The notes beneath the pieces are model-generated. The model was not told where the DNA came from. It worked only from the letters and a program-made list of their open reading frames with translations, and did no database searches. DNA of 62,411 nucleotides from Candidatus Hermodarchaeota archaeon. GTDB lineage: Archaea > Asgardarchaeota > Lokiarchaeia > Sigyniarchaeales > SOKP01. Shown here piece after piece: positions 20,221 to 29,631 of this stretch; position 1 is the stretch's first letter, and each line of letters opens with the position of its first letter. Location: contig JBHLLJ010000003.1 in NCBI GenBank assembly GCA_048885705.1, positions 1 to 62,411 on the forward strand, read 5' to 3'. The translations under genes and the position numbers were made by a program.

Positions 20221-22569
20221 TTAGGTTCGACACAATCTCTTTAAAAGTGTTGGATCTACTATTTCTTTTGGTTTCCAACCTTTTTGTTTAAGATATTCTT
20301 GAATTTCATCTTTCATATTAATTGGGATGTCTGCTTCAAGGCGAACGAATTTTTCTAAATCATTTGGGAATTTAACGCCCTTATATTTGCGTTCTAAATC
20401 AATCCAATGGGATAATTTTATCATTCGTCCTTTAGAGTTGTCCGCGGGTCTTAATGCTAATTTAGCAACTAAACAGATAGCTTGTTCGATACTTTCTGCT
20501 GTTGTTAAAAGATGTTCTGGTCCGGGACCTATAATGTGCCCTTCAGAACCATCTCTTGCATTAAATACTTTCCAATTATCCTCATCATCAGATCTACCAA
20601 TATACATTCTTCGATATTCAGCCGCATGAGGTCCTACAACTGCTGGGACTCCTAAACCATTAGCCATACTTGCTATACTTGCAGCCTTTTGGGACATTGC
20701 TCCCCAAGCTACTCCAACAGCACCTACCCTATTTAATATATAATCTGCGATTTCTTCAAAATTCCCCCGTAATGGGCGCCTTGCGAAAATATTCGCAACT
20801 TTAATTGCTGCACCGGTAATATGAGGGTTAGCAACGCATGATCCAACATTAACTAAACCTCCTCGATCGAAATCCCCCGGAAACCGATCATATAAGGTTT
20901 TACCTTCCTCATCTTTTACAAGACCTATATCCATCGCTCCACAGCCTGAAACTACTACAATATAGTTCCTAACCAGGAATTCCTCGGCCATTTTATACAA
21001 TTCCTGAATCTCATGGGCATAATTACCACAACCAATAATTGCAACTATTCCTGGAATTTCTCCTAAGACAATAGGAGCTCCTACATTTCGTATTTCTGTA
21101 TCTTGAATTGGACCTCTACCAGCTCGGCAATTATATTTTTCTGTTTTTATGTACTCACGACCTGCATATTGGATTAATGTCAATGGTGAAACGTTCTTCA
21201 TACAATCAGATTCGCATCTACCACATCCTAAACAATCATGGAAAATTCCTTCTAAAACAGAAAAATCCGCATCTTTAGCTAAATTGATACCTTCTACAAG
21301 TGGTAGATCATTCGGACAGTTTCTCTGACAGTTACCACAACCATTACAGTTCATAGCCATATCTTGACAGCCTTTTTCATCTGGAACACCACTTTTTCCT
21401 TTTCGAATTGGTTTGATTTTAATTGCTGTTTCAGCAGCAACTTCACCAGCTTTTATCGGATCTAAGATTAAAACTCCATCCATCTTTCCACTGACTAAAT
21501 CATTTACTATTTCCATCATTGGATCATCTGTTCTGTCTGGAAATCCACCCATTATCTTTTCATTAGTAGTTATATAAGGTGCTCCCACCGCCTTAGCTTC
21601 CTCATAAGTTCTTAGATTTACACATTGTTCATCAACCATAACTACATCTGCTAAACCAGACCGAATATAATGTAGTTGCCTTGAATAAGACCCAATAATT
21701 TTTGCTGCTGAATAATATCGTGTAAGATCATGAGATGTACAACAAATTGCACCTACATCAACTTTATCTTCATACCCTTTTTCTCTTATATAATCTACTA
21801 ATTCAACTCCCGGTGCTACATTGTGCCCAATCATTAATATTATTGCTTTATTTTCAGTGTCCATAGTACCCATTCCTAATTCTACAATTGGAACATTAGG
21901 ATCTCCTATAGGCATACCATATGCGCAAATTTGAACTGCATCTGAAATTTCCATTCCTACTGAATCACATAAACCAGCTAAGAAACTTTTTGATTCATAA
22001 TCAAGATAACTCGATTCTTGCCCTGTATGACCAGCTGCTAATAATTGAGTAAGAGTATAATGAACCCACTCCATTGCTGTCTCCAAGTCTTCTAAACTCT
22101 CAGGTTTCATACCAAGAACTAAACGAGTGTGTGGCATTTCTACAGCAATGTTATTTCCAAAATTGATTGGAACATTCCCATATTTCTCTTTTAACCAATG
22201 AAGTAGATGGTCTCCGTGAGCAGAGTGACACGCCGCTCCAATGCAACATGCAATTTCTACAATCCTAGCTTGCTGTGTCTCCATATTTATACCGCAAGCC
22301 CCTGTCCGCCCTTTAGAGAGATTACATTTACCATATGTACATAAGCAACACATATCACAGATGGGCATATAAAACGGTTTATATCGTTCCATTAACTTGA
22401 AAAACCAAGATCTTAGATCTCTAAGTCCGGGAGCAGGATGAGGACCCATAGGCTCCCATTCTGTCTCATCACCGTAAGATATCTTCCCAGTTGTTAATTC
22501 AAATCCTTTAATTGTACCAAGTGGACCTTTATATTCATCAATTTTTACTTTTGCTCCTCTCTTTTCCAA
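20221..22569 (-). CDS. cdhA: CO dehydrogenase/acetyl-CoA synthase complex alpha subunit (archaeal CdhA type)
   Basis: 782 aa. The N-terminal Cys cluster is PICDMCCLCTYGKCNL. Two inserted ferredoxin-type motifs, CNGCGNCQRNCP and CLGCGRCESDC, are typical of archaeal CdhA. TTG start. Confidence 0.85.
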   Translation of the reverse strand: MEKRGAKVKIDEYKGPLGTIKGFELTTGKISYGDETEWEPMGPHPAPGLRDLRSWFFKLMERYKPFYMPICDMCCLCTYGKCNLSKGRTGACGINMETQQARIVEIACCIGAACHSAHGDHLLHWLKEKYGNVPINFGNNIAVEMPHTRLVLGMKPESLEDLETAMEWVHYTLTQLLAAGHTGQESSYLDYESKSFLAGLCDSVGMEISDAVQICAYGMPIGDPNVPIVELGMGTMDTENKAIILMIGHNVAPGVELVDYIREKGYEDKVDVGAICCTSHDLTRYYSAAKIIGSYSRQLHYIRSGLADVVMVDEQCVNLRTYEEAKAVGAPYITTNEKIMGGFPDRTDDPMMEIVNDLVSGKMDGVLILDPIKAGEVAAETAIKIKPIRKGKSGVPDEKGCQDMAMNCNGCGNCQRNCPNDLPLVEGINLAKDADFSVLEGIFHDCLGCGRCESDCMKNVSPLTLIQYAGREYIKTEKYNCRAGRGPIQDTEIRNVGAPIVLGEIPGIVAIIGCGNYAHEIQELYKMAEEFLVRNYIVVVSGCGAMDIGLVKDEEGKTLYDRFPGDFDRGGLVNVGSCVANPHITGAAIKVANIFARRPLRGNFEEIADYILNRVGAVGVAWGAMSQKAASIASMANGLGVPAVVGPHAAEYRRMYIGRSDDEDNWKVFNARDGSEGHIIGPGPEHLLTTAESIEQAICLVAKLALRPADNSKGRMIKLSHWIDLERKYKGVKFPNDLEKFVRLEADIPINMKDEIQEYLKQKGWKPKEIVDPTLLKRLCRT

Positions 22570-22703
22570 AGGTTTCTCACATCAATTCATAATTATTATT
22601 ATATGATTTTATGATATTTGATTATAATTAGAGTTATGTTAGATTTTATTTTAATTATTATATTCCAAAACTCAAAATCTAATCTATATTAATTGAAAAA
22701 AGT

Positions 22704-22715
22704 GTGAAATTTCAC
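22704..22715. promoter_or_regulatory. perfect 12-nt palindrome GTGAAATTTCAC between the V4R gene end and the cdhA start
   Basis: Read directly from the sequence. On the minus strand it is followed by ACTTTTTTC, so it could be the terminator of the upstream minus-strand gene. It lies about 135 nt upstream of the cdhA start, so it could instead be an operator for cdhA. Confidence 0.25.
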
Positions 22716-22822
22716 TCTTTTAATTTTAAAAAAATTTCGTCCGATTACTCATCCTGTAAAAAAAGATTTCTAGATTAATCCTTTAGTTACCAAAGAAAAC
22801 AGATTAAGAATTAGAATCTAAC

Positions 22823-23410
22823 TTAAAGAGTGGATAAAAATTCTGATACAGATTCTTCTGAATCAACTAAACTATCATCAAAGGATTCTCCAATTAATTC
22901 AAATTTGAAAACATCTCTTTCGTGCCCTAAAAGAACGCACTCTATCTCTTCAGCATTAACATCGATTTTTAAACTTTCAAACATGCCACTAAAAAGTCCT
23001 TGATAAAGTAAACATAAATTTTTTCCCATAACGTTTTCTCGTTCTTCAGAAGCCAAAGAATCTGTAACTGTAATTAAAAGATGATCTTTTTTAAAGTGGC
23101 CTGTTAATTCTCCAAATCCCATAAGTTCTAATGCTTCGAGGTTTCCAAGAACTACTTCTTTTCTCGTTGCCATTGTTTCTTTACTCCAATCTTTATTATA
23201 AAAGAATTTATCCACGTAGTTACGTCCAATAGTTTTTCCGACCCATATTAAAATATCATCTGCATTTGTACCAGCGAATTCAGAGAATTCGATTAAATCT
23301 ATTGGCCTTAACATTAATAAACGTAAATCTTTTTTTTTATCACCGAAGTACAATTGACCTGTTTTTTCATCAATCATAATTTGTAATTCTTTTTTAAGTC
23401 TTTTCGACAT
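22823..23410 (-). CDS. V4R (4-vinyl reductase / Bet3-TRAPP-fold) domain protein
   Basis: MGFGELTGHF...ITVTDSLASEE...NLCLLYQGLFSGMF...AEEIECVLLGHERDVFKFEL matches the V4R pattern (GwG..v.v.ns.e....C....G...G.....E..C...G...C.f.i) as I recall it. Confidence 0.65.
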   Translation of the reverse strand: MSKRLKKELQIMIDEKTGQLYFGDKKKDLRLLMLRPIDLIEFSEFAGTNADDILIWVGKTIGRNYVDKFFYNKDWSKETMATRKEVVLGNLEALELMGFGELTGHFKKDHLLITVTDSLASEERENVMGKNLCLLYQGLFSGMFESLKIDVNAEEIECVLLGHERDVFKFELIGESFDDSLVDSEESVSEFLSTL

Positions 23411-23576
23411 CAGTTATCCCTTATTTGCTCCTTTCTAAAGAGAATTATAAAGTATTATAATTATATAATAGAAATTTAAACTGCTAGATATTTAAATTTA
23501 ATGTTTAAAACATCAAATCTTAATATTTTGTGAATTTTGAGTGTTTTTTGGTTATTATCGTATAAGGCGTAAGAAT

Positions 23577-24575
23577 TTAGGAAGTTAGCAGATCAAAGAT
23601 CTCTGGTATTATCTTATCTATATTAAAATTAGTTTTTACTGAAGTAAATAGGAATTTCCATTTTCTATTTTTTATATTTCTGAAGTTAAAATAATTAGAG
23701 AGTTCTTTTTCTAATTTTTGAAATTCAATCTCGTATTCTTCTTTAGAACCTTTTGTTAAATCAATTTTATTACCTAAAATAAGCAACGGGATGCTATCTA
23801 ATTCTTCTTTGTTTATTACATTCCAAAACTCATGTTTTGATTCCTCAAATCTTCTCTGATTAGCAATGTCAATCATGTAAATAATGATATTAGAGTCTTG
23901 AAATCCTATTAACCATTTTGGTCGAAATGATCTCTGTCCAGGCATATCCCAGACTGCTAATAACCCCTCCTCTTTTATTGGGAGATATTCGATATTAAAT
24001 TTCCTGGTTGGAGTAAAAAAATTTTCATTAAATTTCCCCGTCTTTAATCGTCTAACTAGACTCGATTTTCCTACTTCATCAATTCCAAATAAAAAAACTT
24101 TGAAGAATGTTTCTCTTTGAAAGTAATAGTCAAACTCATAAGGTTTTTCGATTACTTCATCACCGAACCTTCGAATATCAATAAAGATTGAAATTAATAA
24201 ATTATCGACTTCCAATTCGTCATCGAAGGAATAGCCATTACCATTGTTTAACAGTTCATTCAATAATTCTTTAAATATTTCCTTATAGTCATAAGGATTA
24301 TCTTCATCATCAAAAATAAGGCCTATTATAATTTTACCGTTAATACAACAAGTATACATATTTAATTCATTAAGAAATTGTGCAATAGGCTCATGAATTA
24401 CATATTGAACCGAATTTGGTAAATGAGAATATTCTTCTTTATCATGCTCTTTTATTATATTATTAACAAGTCTTTTATCTTTAATACTGATAATTTCATG
24501 AGGATAACTATAGATATTAAGATCTTCTAAATCACAGATTTTATTTCCTTTAAACAAAAAGATGTTATGTAGCAA
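23577..24575 (-). CDS. Ras-superfamily (Arf/Rab-like) small GTPase with about 160-aa N-terminal extension domain
   Basis: G1 is GIDEVGKSS, G3 is WDMPGQ, G4 is GNKIDL, and G5-like is TSVKT. The N-terminal domain is unassigned. TTG start. Confidence 0.75.
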   Translation of the reverse strand: MLHNIFLFKGNKICDLEDLNIYSYPHEIISIKDKRLVNNIIKEHDKEEYSHLPNSVQYVIHEPIAQFLNELNMYTCCINGKIIIGLIFDDEDNPYDYKEIFKELLNELLNNGNGYSFDDELEVDNLLISIFIDIRRFGDEVIEKPYEFDYYFQRETFFKVFLFGIDEVGKSSLVRRLKTGKFNENFFTPTRKFNIEYLPIKEEGLLAVWDMPGQRSFRPKWLIGFQDSNIIIYMIDIANQRRFEESKHEFWNVINKEELDSIPLLILGNKIDLTKGSKEEYEIEFQKLEKELSNYFNFRNIKNRKWKFLFTSVKTNFNIDKIIPEIFDLLTS

Positions 24576-24756
24576 TTATTTTTCCAGAAATCTTAATTCC
24601 TATATGTTTCAAAATAAAAGGAAATTAAAAAACGTTTGGAATCTTTCCAATTTTATATCCTTTTAAAGTTTTCTGTTTAATATATAAAAGAAATTGAATT
24701 TTTTGATATTTTCAAAAAAATTGAATATATCAGAATAAAATAGTTATATTATTCTA

Positions 24757-26202
24757 TTATTGATCTTCTTTTTCTTCACTTACTTCTGTTGAAGATTCTT
24801 CACTTGGTTCCTCTTTCTCATCTTCTATGGATTTTTGATCTGGTTCTGGTTTAGGTTGTTCAGTTGATTCTGGAGATGTTTCTTCACTAAGTTCTAAATC
24901 TGGCTTAGCTCCTACAGGAGTCTCACAAACAGGACATCGATTCCATCCGGGTCTCAAACTATATCCACATTTAACACATTCCTTAAGATTCTCATCTACT
25001 TCCCATTCAGGTATATCCAATCCTCCTTGTCTCTTCCTTGCTAACTCTTGTAATTCTTCTTCCGTCCAAACTTCCATTCCCTCAGGCAAACCAGATCCTC
25101 GTTCAGCAGTGAATTTGGCTAATTCTTCTTCTGACCAAGTGGGCATATCAGGTTGAGCACTCATTCTTTTTTGTGCTTCTTCAGCTAGCTCTTCAGCTGT
25201 CCAGCTTTTTAATTCTTGCCCTCCTGGAGTTCTAACTGTGTCCGCTTGTTGAGGTGCTGCTTGCGAGGGAACTTGAGGTTGTCGCGAGGGAACATTACAA
25301 CTTTCAGCAGAAAATTTTAAAAGAGCTTCAAAGCATCTTGAATATTTACTTGGATCTTTTCCTTCATCTGTTACTAATATTAAAGTGGTTTTATCTGCGG
25401 GTTGGGGTACTGCTATACTGTTAACTGCAATATCAGAACTAATTCGTTCTGATTCGACACCTGAAATGGTTTTTTCCATTGAATTCATTAATTCGTCATC
25501 TTTCATTAAAAAATCGCAAATGGGGTCACCATGTCGTTGATAACTTTCATGATATTTTGCTAGATGGTTTTGCATCATTGTTGAATCTAAAGAATCAATA
25601 ATAGCACTGACATAAGGATAAAGTTGAGATTTTGGCCCCTTTATGGAATCATCTAGTTTGTATCCACCTAAATCAAGTGCTCCCATTACAGGAGCAAATA
25701 AAGGTTTCTCATTTCGTATTTTTCCAAATATAGTCGATCTTGAAAGAACGCATTTAATTTCCCCATAGTATGCAATCGAATTATCTAAAAGTTCTACTTT
25801 TTTATCAAATACTATGCGAGGAATAGTCCGAAATAAAACATCGACCCAAGGCATTTCCTTTACAGGAATTATTGCTACACATGTCTTTTCAATTAATTCT
25901 TTTAACTTTTTGAGATAATTTTTTAACTCTTTCTTTATATCTTCATATTCTTCATTTTCTAACTCCTCATTTGCTTTCTTCTCAAGTTCTTTGAATTTTT
26001 CCTCATTTAATTTTATGTTTCCTCCAAACGATTTAATTTCCCCTACAATATTATCCTTCATGATTATAGTTGCTTTTTCAACCACATCTTTCTGAAAATT
26101 TGAAAGTTCTTGTTCTTCACTGGAGACTAAGAAATCAACGGGATCAAATTCTAACTTGTTTACAAACACTTGAAAAAGCTTTTTTAAAACAGTATCAGAC
26201 AA
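24757..26202 (-). CDS. hypothetical protein with three W-acidic repeats, a zinc ribbon and an acidic tail
   Basis: The repeats are SWTAEELAEEAQKR, TWSEEELAKFTAER and VWTEEELQELARKR, plus IPEWEVDE. The Zn ribbon is CVKCGYSLRPGWNRCPVC. The C-terminus is E/S-rich. TTG start. Confidence 0.5.
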   Translation of the reverse strand: MSDTVLKKLFQVFVNKLEFDPVDFLVSSEEQELSNFQKDVVEKATIIMKDNIVGEIKSFGGNIKLNEEKFKELEKKANEELENEEYEDIKKELKNYLKKLKELIEKTCVAIIPVKEMPWVDVLFRTIPRIVFDKKVELLDNSIAYYGEIKCVLSRSTIFGKIRNEKPLFAPVMGALDLGGYKLDDSIKGPKSQLYPYVSAIIDSLDSTMMQNHLAKYHESYQRHGDPICDFLMKDDELMNSMEKTISGVESERISSDIAVNSIAVPQPADKTTLILVTDEGKDPSKYSRCFEALLKFSAESCNVPSRQPQVPSQAAPQQADTVRTPGGQELKSWTAEELAEEAQKRMSAQPDMPTWSEEELAKFTAERGSGLPEGMEVWTEEELQELARKRQGGLDIPEWEVDENLKECVKCGYSLRPGWNRCPVCETPVGAKPDLELSEETSPESTEQPKPEPDQKSIEDEKEEPSEESSTEVSEEKEDQ

Positions 26203-26354
26203 TTTCTTTCCCTTATTTTTGTTAATAATTTTGAATAAAAGATATTTATATTTATAGCAATGGAATGGATATAAAAATTTATTTGAATAACCTATAATTT
26301 AAAGGAAATAAAAATTAAATTACTCAATAGTTTATTTCAGATAATTTTGGTATT

Positions 26355-27386
26355 ATGAAAAAATCAGTTAAAAATTACACCATATGCTTTGTTTCTCCAA
26401 TCCCAGAAAATGTAAGAGATTATCTAACTGATCATTTAAGAAAAATAAAAAATGTTAAGATTATATTTCGAAAAGATTCTTCAGATGAAGAATTATTAAA
26501 TACTGTCTCATCAGCGGATGTATTAATAGGATGGCATCCTTCCAAGAAAATATTAATGAATGCTACTAAATTAAAACTATTTATTAATCCAGGGGCTGGA
26601 ATTCATCATCTTTTGCATCTATTTCGAGACGTAAATCAAAAAAGGAAAGTTGTTCTTATTAACGGTCATGGAAATTCTTATTTTGTAGCTCAGCATGCAG
26701 TTGCACTTCTATTAAGTCTTATGAATAAAATAATTCCTCATCATGAATGGATGCGACAAGGGAGGTGGAGAACTGGAGATGAAGATGCTATATCAATTCC
26801 TTTAAGATATAAAAAGGTAGGATTACTTGGATATGGGGCAATAAATCAAAAAGTTCACCATTTTCTTAGTGGATTTGATGTAGAATTTTCTATTTTAAGA
26901 AAACACTGGAAAAAACAAGAAAATCAATTCCCTACAAAAATAAAAGAATATAAATTATCTCAGTTTAATGAGTTTCTCAAGGATATTGATATACTCATAA
27001 TTGCTTTACCTTTAACTTCATTAACAAATAAAATGATAGGGACCTCTGAGCTAGAACTTTTAGGATCTAAAGGGATAATCGTGAATGTTAGTAGAGGAGA
27101 AATTATTGATGAAAAAAGCCTATTCAACGCATTAAAAGAAAAAATTATACAAGGTGCTGCAATCGATGTATGGTATAACTATAATCCAGAAATTAATAAA
27201 GATGGGAAAAAATTTCCTTTTAACTTCCCATTCCATACACTTGATAACATTATATTATCACCACATAGAGGATACTCTCCATTTAATGATTTGTTAAGAT
27301 GGAATGAGGTGATTGAGAACATTTCTCGAGTAGCTCAAGGACGTCAAGATTTTATTAATGTAGTAGATTTAGAAGAGGAGTATTAA
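26355..27386 (+). CDS. D-isomer-specific 2-hydroxyacid dehydrogenase family protein
   Basis: The NAD-binding motif is GLLGYGAINQKV (GxGxxG). It also has NVSRGEIIDE and SPHRGY catalytic-region motifs. Confidence 0.8.
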   Translation: MKKSVKNYTICFVSPIPENVRDYLTDHLRKIKNVKIIFRKDSSDEELLNTVSSADVLIGWHPSKKILMNATKLKLFINPGAGIHHLLHLFRDVNQKRKVVLINGHGNSYFVAQHAVALLLSLMNKIIPHHEWMRQGRWRTGDEDAISIPLRYKKVGLLGYGAINQKVHHFLSGFDVEFSILRKHWKKQENQFPTKIKEYKLSQFNEFLKDIDILIIALPLTSLTNKMIGTSELELLGSKGIIVNVSRGEIIDEKSLFNALKEKIIQGAAIDVWYNYNPEINKDGKKFPFNFPFHTLDNIILSPHRGYSPFNDLLRWNEVIENISRVAQGRQDFINVVDLEEEY

Positions 27387-27875
27387 AACATAGTATCCTC
27401 ATTATTTAATTCTAATGATAAAAAAATTTAATCTAAAAATATATTATAGTAGAATTTTTCTTAAACATTTAGTTATTTAAATTGAAAAATTGCATATGAT
27501 TATTTAAATAAGTAAACAATTTTACGGATTTTAAAGATATTTTATAGATCTTTTCAATTATTTATATCATAATTTAAATACTTGTTCATACAACTTTATA
27601 TAATAGTATAAACTTCAAAAATATCCTTAAAATTGAGGAGTATAGAAACATTTTAAGAATTAATGCATTAATATACTATCTGGAATATTTAAGACATGAC
27701 AATTAAGTATTTCTTTAAATATATTAATCCAATAAAAAAAAACATTTATATAGTAATGTGTAATAAAATAACTTATAAAAAAATTTGTGGTTTAAGGCGG
27801 TAGTAGTAAAAAAAGCTTTAGTCTATTTGCCGATTTTTGAATGTGGTATATTTATGGAAAAAAAAGTGGGTTAAA

Positions 27876-28166
27876 ATGAAAATAGTAACAGTTAACATTC
27901 CTGAATCATATCTCGACAGTATAGAAAAATTAGTAGGAGAAACAGGACTATATCCATCCAGATCCGAGTTAATAAGAGTAGCTGTTCGGGATTTCCTTCT
28001 CAAAGAACTAAAAATGGCTAATAATTTGGTCAAATATAAAGAGGCTGAAATTGAGGAATTTGATGATGAGAATTACGTAAGGGTACCAATTGAGAAATTA
28101 AATGACAAAGATGAACCAGTACGTGAATTTAAGACATACAAAATTATTAAACGATTAGAATATTAA
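27876..28166 (+). CDS. ribbon-helix-helix (CopG family) DNA-binding protein
   Basis: MKIVTVNIPESYLDSIEKLVGETGLYPSRSELIRVAVRDFL is a textbook RHH. I chose the internal ATG at 27876 instead of the track start at 27837. Confidence 0.6.
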   Translation: MKIVTVNIPESYLDSIEKLVGETGLYPSRSELIRVAVRDFLLKELKMANNLVKYKEAEIEEFDDENYVRVPIEKLNDKDEPVREFKTYKIIKRLEY

Positions 28167-28378
28167 ATTTTTTTTATAATCTACTCTTTATTTTAGTGAT
28201 GAGTTGGTAAGAAAAATTTTTTTCTTTTTTTTCTTTAATTCTAAGCTTTCTCTAATTTTCTCATTTAAGTAAAAAATAAATACAATTAAAATAATATTAA
28301 TAAATCTACTATAAAAGATTAGAGGTAGTTTTTATTTCTGACAAATCTAAAAGCTCAGATCATTACAGTCCAAAATTT

Positions 28379-29611
28379 ATGGAGTGGGGTGTTATTAATA
28401 AGGAAAACTTTGAAAATAAAACAACTTATGATGTTCCGATTAAGAGATGGGATCCATTATCTTTAGTTAGGATACGGAGCGAAGATTTTGGTTTAAGAAA
28501 GGAAAGGACAAGATATTATGGCCGTTATTCTTATATCAGTCCCATTAGAGGCACCCGTCCTAAAGGTTTTAAGACAATAGAAGAAGAAAAAGAACTCTAT
28601 GATTGTTCAAAGAAAATTGTGGGTAAACATAAAGATGTATTTTCCTCGGTAGTTGAAGGAAAAATAGTATATGATGATTGGGGTATGCCTTTAGGAGATG
28701 GATTTACATTAATTATCACTCAAGATGAAATAAGACGGGATAATCCTTTTTCAGAAACACCGCATCGAATAGACAAAATCTCTAATACAACGAACGCATT
28801 AACATTGATAAATAGATATCCAGCAATGGCAAGAATTATTGATCCAGACATAGAGAGTACGATCCAACAAAAACTTCCCCCTCATCTAAAATTATCAAGA
28901 GGCATAAATTTAGTAACCGTTTCTAGAAATTTCTATCCTTCTTTATGTTTTAATTTAATACCAGAGGAAGTTTTAGCAGGTATTTTTCTTTCAATGAAAT
29001 CAGCAATTCTTTATTGTATCGAGGAAGCCATTAATAAAGATTATTATGATATTCCTGTTATGCCTTTTTTCAATATTGGAACCAAAGTTGGAGGTTCACA
29101 GCCGAGGATACATAGTCAAATTTATATAGATTTAAATATGGATGGACATGGAAGTAGATTAGAAGGGTATCTTGAAGCATTTAAAGAAATGGGGAGTAAA
29201 TGTCATCTGTGCCAAACCACTCATGGAGGTACGGACAGGATTATATTAGAGACTGATTTTTGGACTTTTTACACAACAGGAAGCCCTGTAAGGAATTATC
29301 ATATAAGATTTCATCCAAATGAACATATAAGACGGTTTTCACAATTAAAGGTAAATCAAATTGAAGATTTAGCAAAGATTCTAAAAATGATTTTTCAAGC
29401 ATTAGATGACATTGAAATTGACAAAAATCGTAATATTTTGTTTAATTGTTGTCCATATGGGTATGATGCTGATTTTCATATGTTTGGTGATATTATACCA
29501 CATGAAGTAATCGGAGGAGCTGAAATGGCTGATGATATGAGAGTTGCTAGAAAATTACCTCACATAGCAGCATTTGAAATCAAACATGCATTAGAAAATT
29601 ACTTTCAATAA
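28379..29611 (+). CDS. galactose-1-phosphate uridylyltransferase (GalT/HIT-superfamily)-like nucleotidyltransferase
   Basis: YISPIRGTRPKGF (compare SPhRakRP), INRYPAM (compare NkyPAl) and FFNIGTKVGGSQPRIHSQIY (compare N.G...G.S.PHPHGQ) parallel GalT family motifs recalled from memory. Confidence 0.5.
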   Translation: MEWGVINKENFENKTTYDVPIKRWDPLSLVRIRSEDFGLRKERTRYYGRYSYISPIRGTRPKGFKTIEEEKELYDCSKKIVGKHKDVFSSVVEGKIVYDDWGMPLGDGFTLIITQDEIRRDNPFSETPHRIDKISNTTNALTLINRYPAMARIIDPDIESTIQQKLPPHLKLSRGINLVTVSRNFYPSLCFNLIPEEVLAGIFLSMKSAILYCIEEAINKDYYDIPVMPFFNIGTKVGGSQPRIHSQIYIDLNMDGHGSRLEGYLEAFKEMGSKCHLCQTTHGGTDRIILETDFWTFYTTGSPVRNYHIRFHPNEHIRRFSQLKVNQIEDLAKILKMIFQALDDIEIDKNRNILFNCCPYGYDADFHMFGDIIPHEVIGGAEMADDMRVARKLPHIAAFEIKHALENYFQ

Positions 29612-29631
29612 TTAAAGAGATGTAAATCCAA

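Noticed and set aside
20327-20629. Track ORF 20327..20629 (+), inside cdhA.
   Set aside because: It is an antisense shadow ORF of a strongly supported gene.
27387-27875. The 490-nt extremely AT-rich spacer, considered as a possible replication origin.
   Set aside because: I could not find ORB-like inverted repeats, and there is no adjacent orc1/cdc6 gene. The repeated TATTTAAAT-like strings are expected from base composition and promoter elements.
27818-28033. Track ORF 27818..28033 (-), and the 5' extension of the RHH gene from 27837.
   Set aside because: The RHH fold begins exactly at the internal Met (27876, MKIVTVNIPE). The upstream 13 codons (MNVVYLWKKKWVK) and the antisense ORF have no support.
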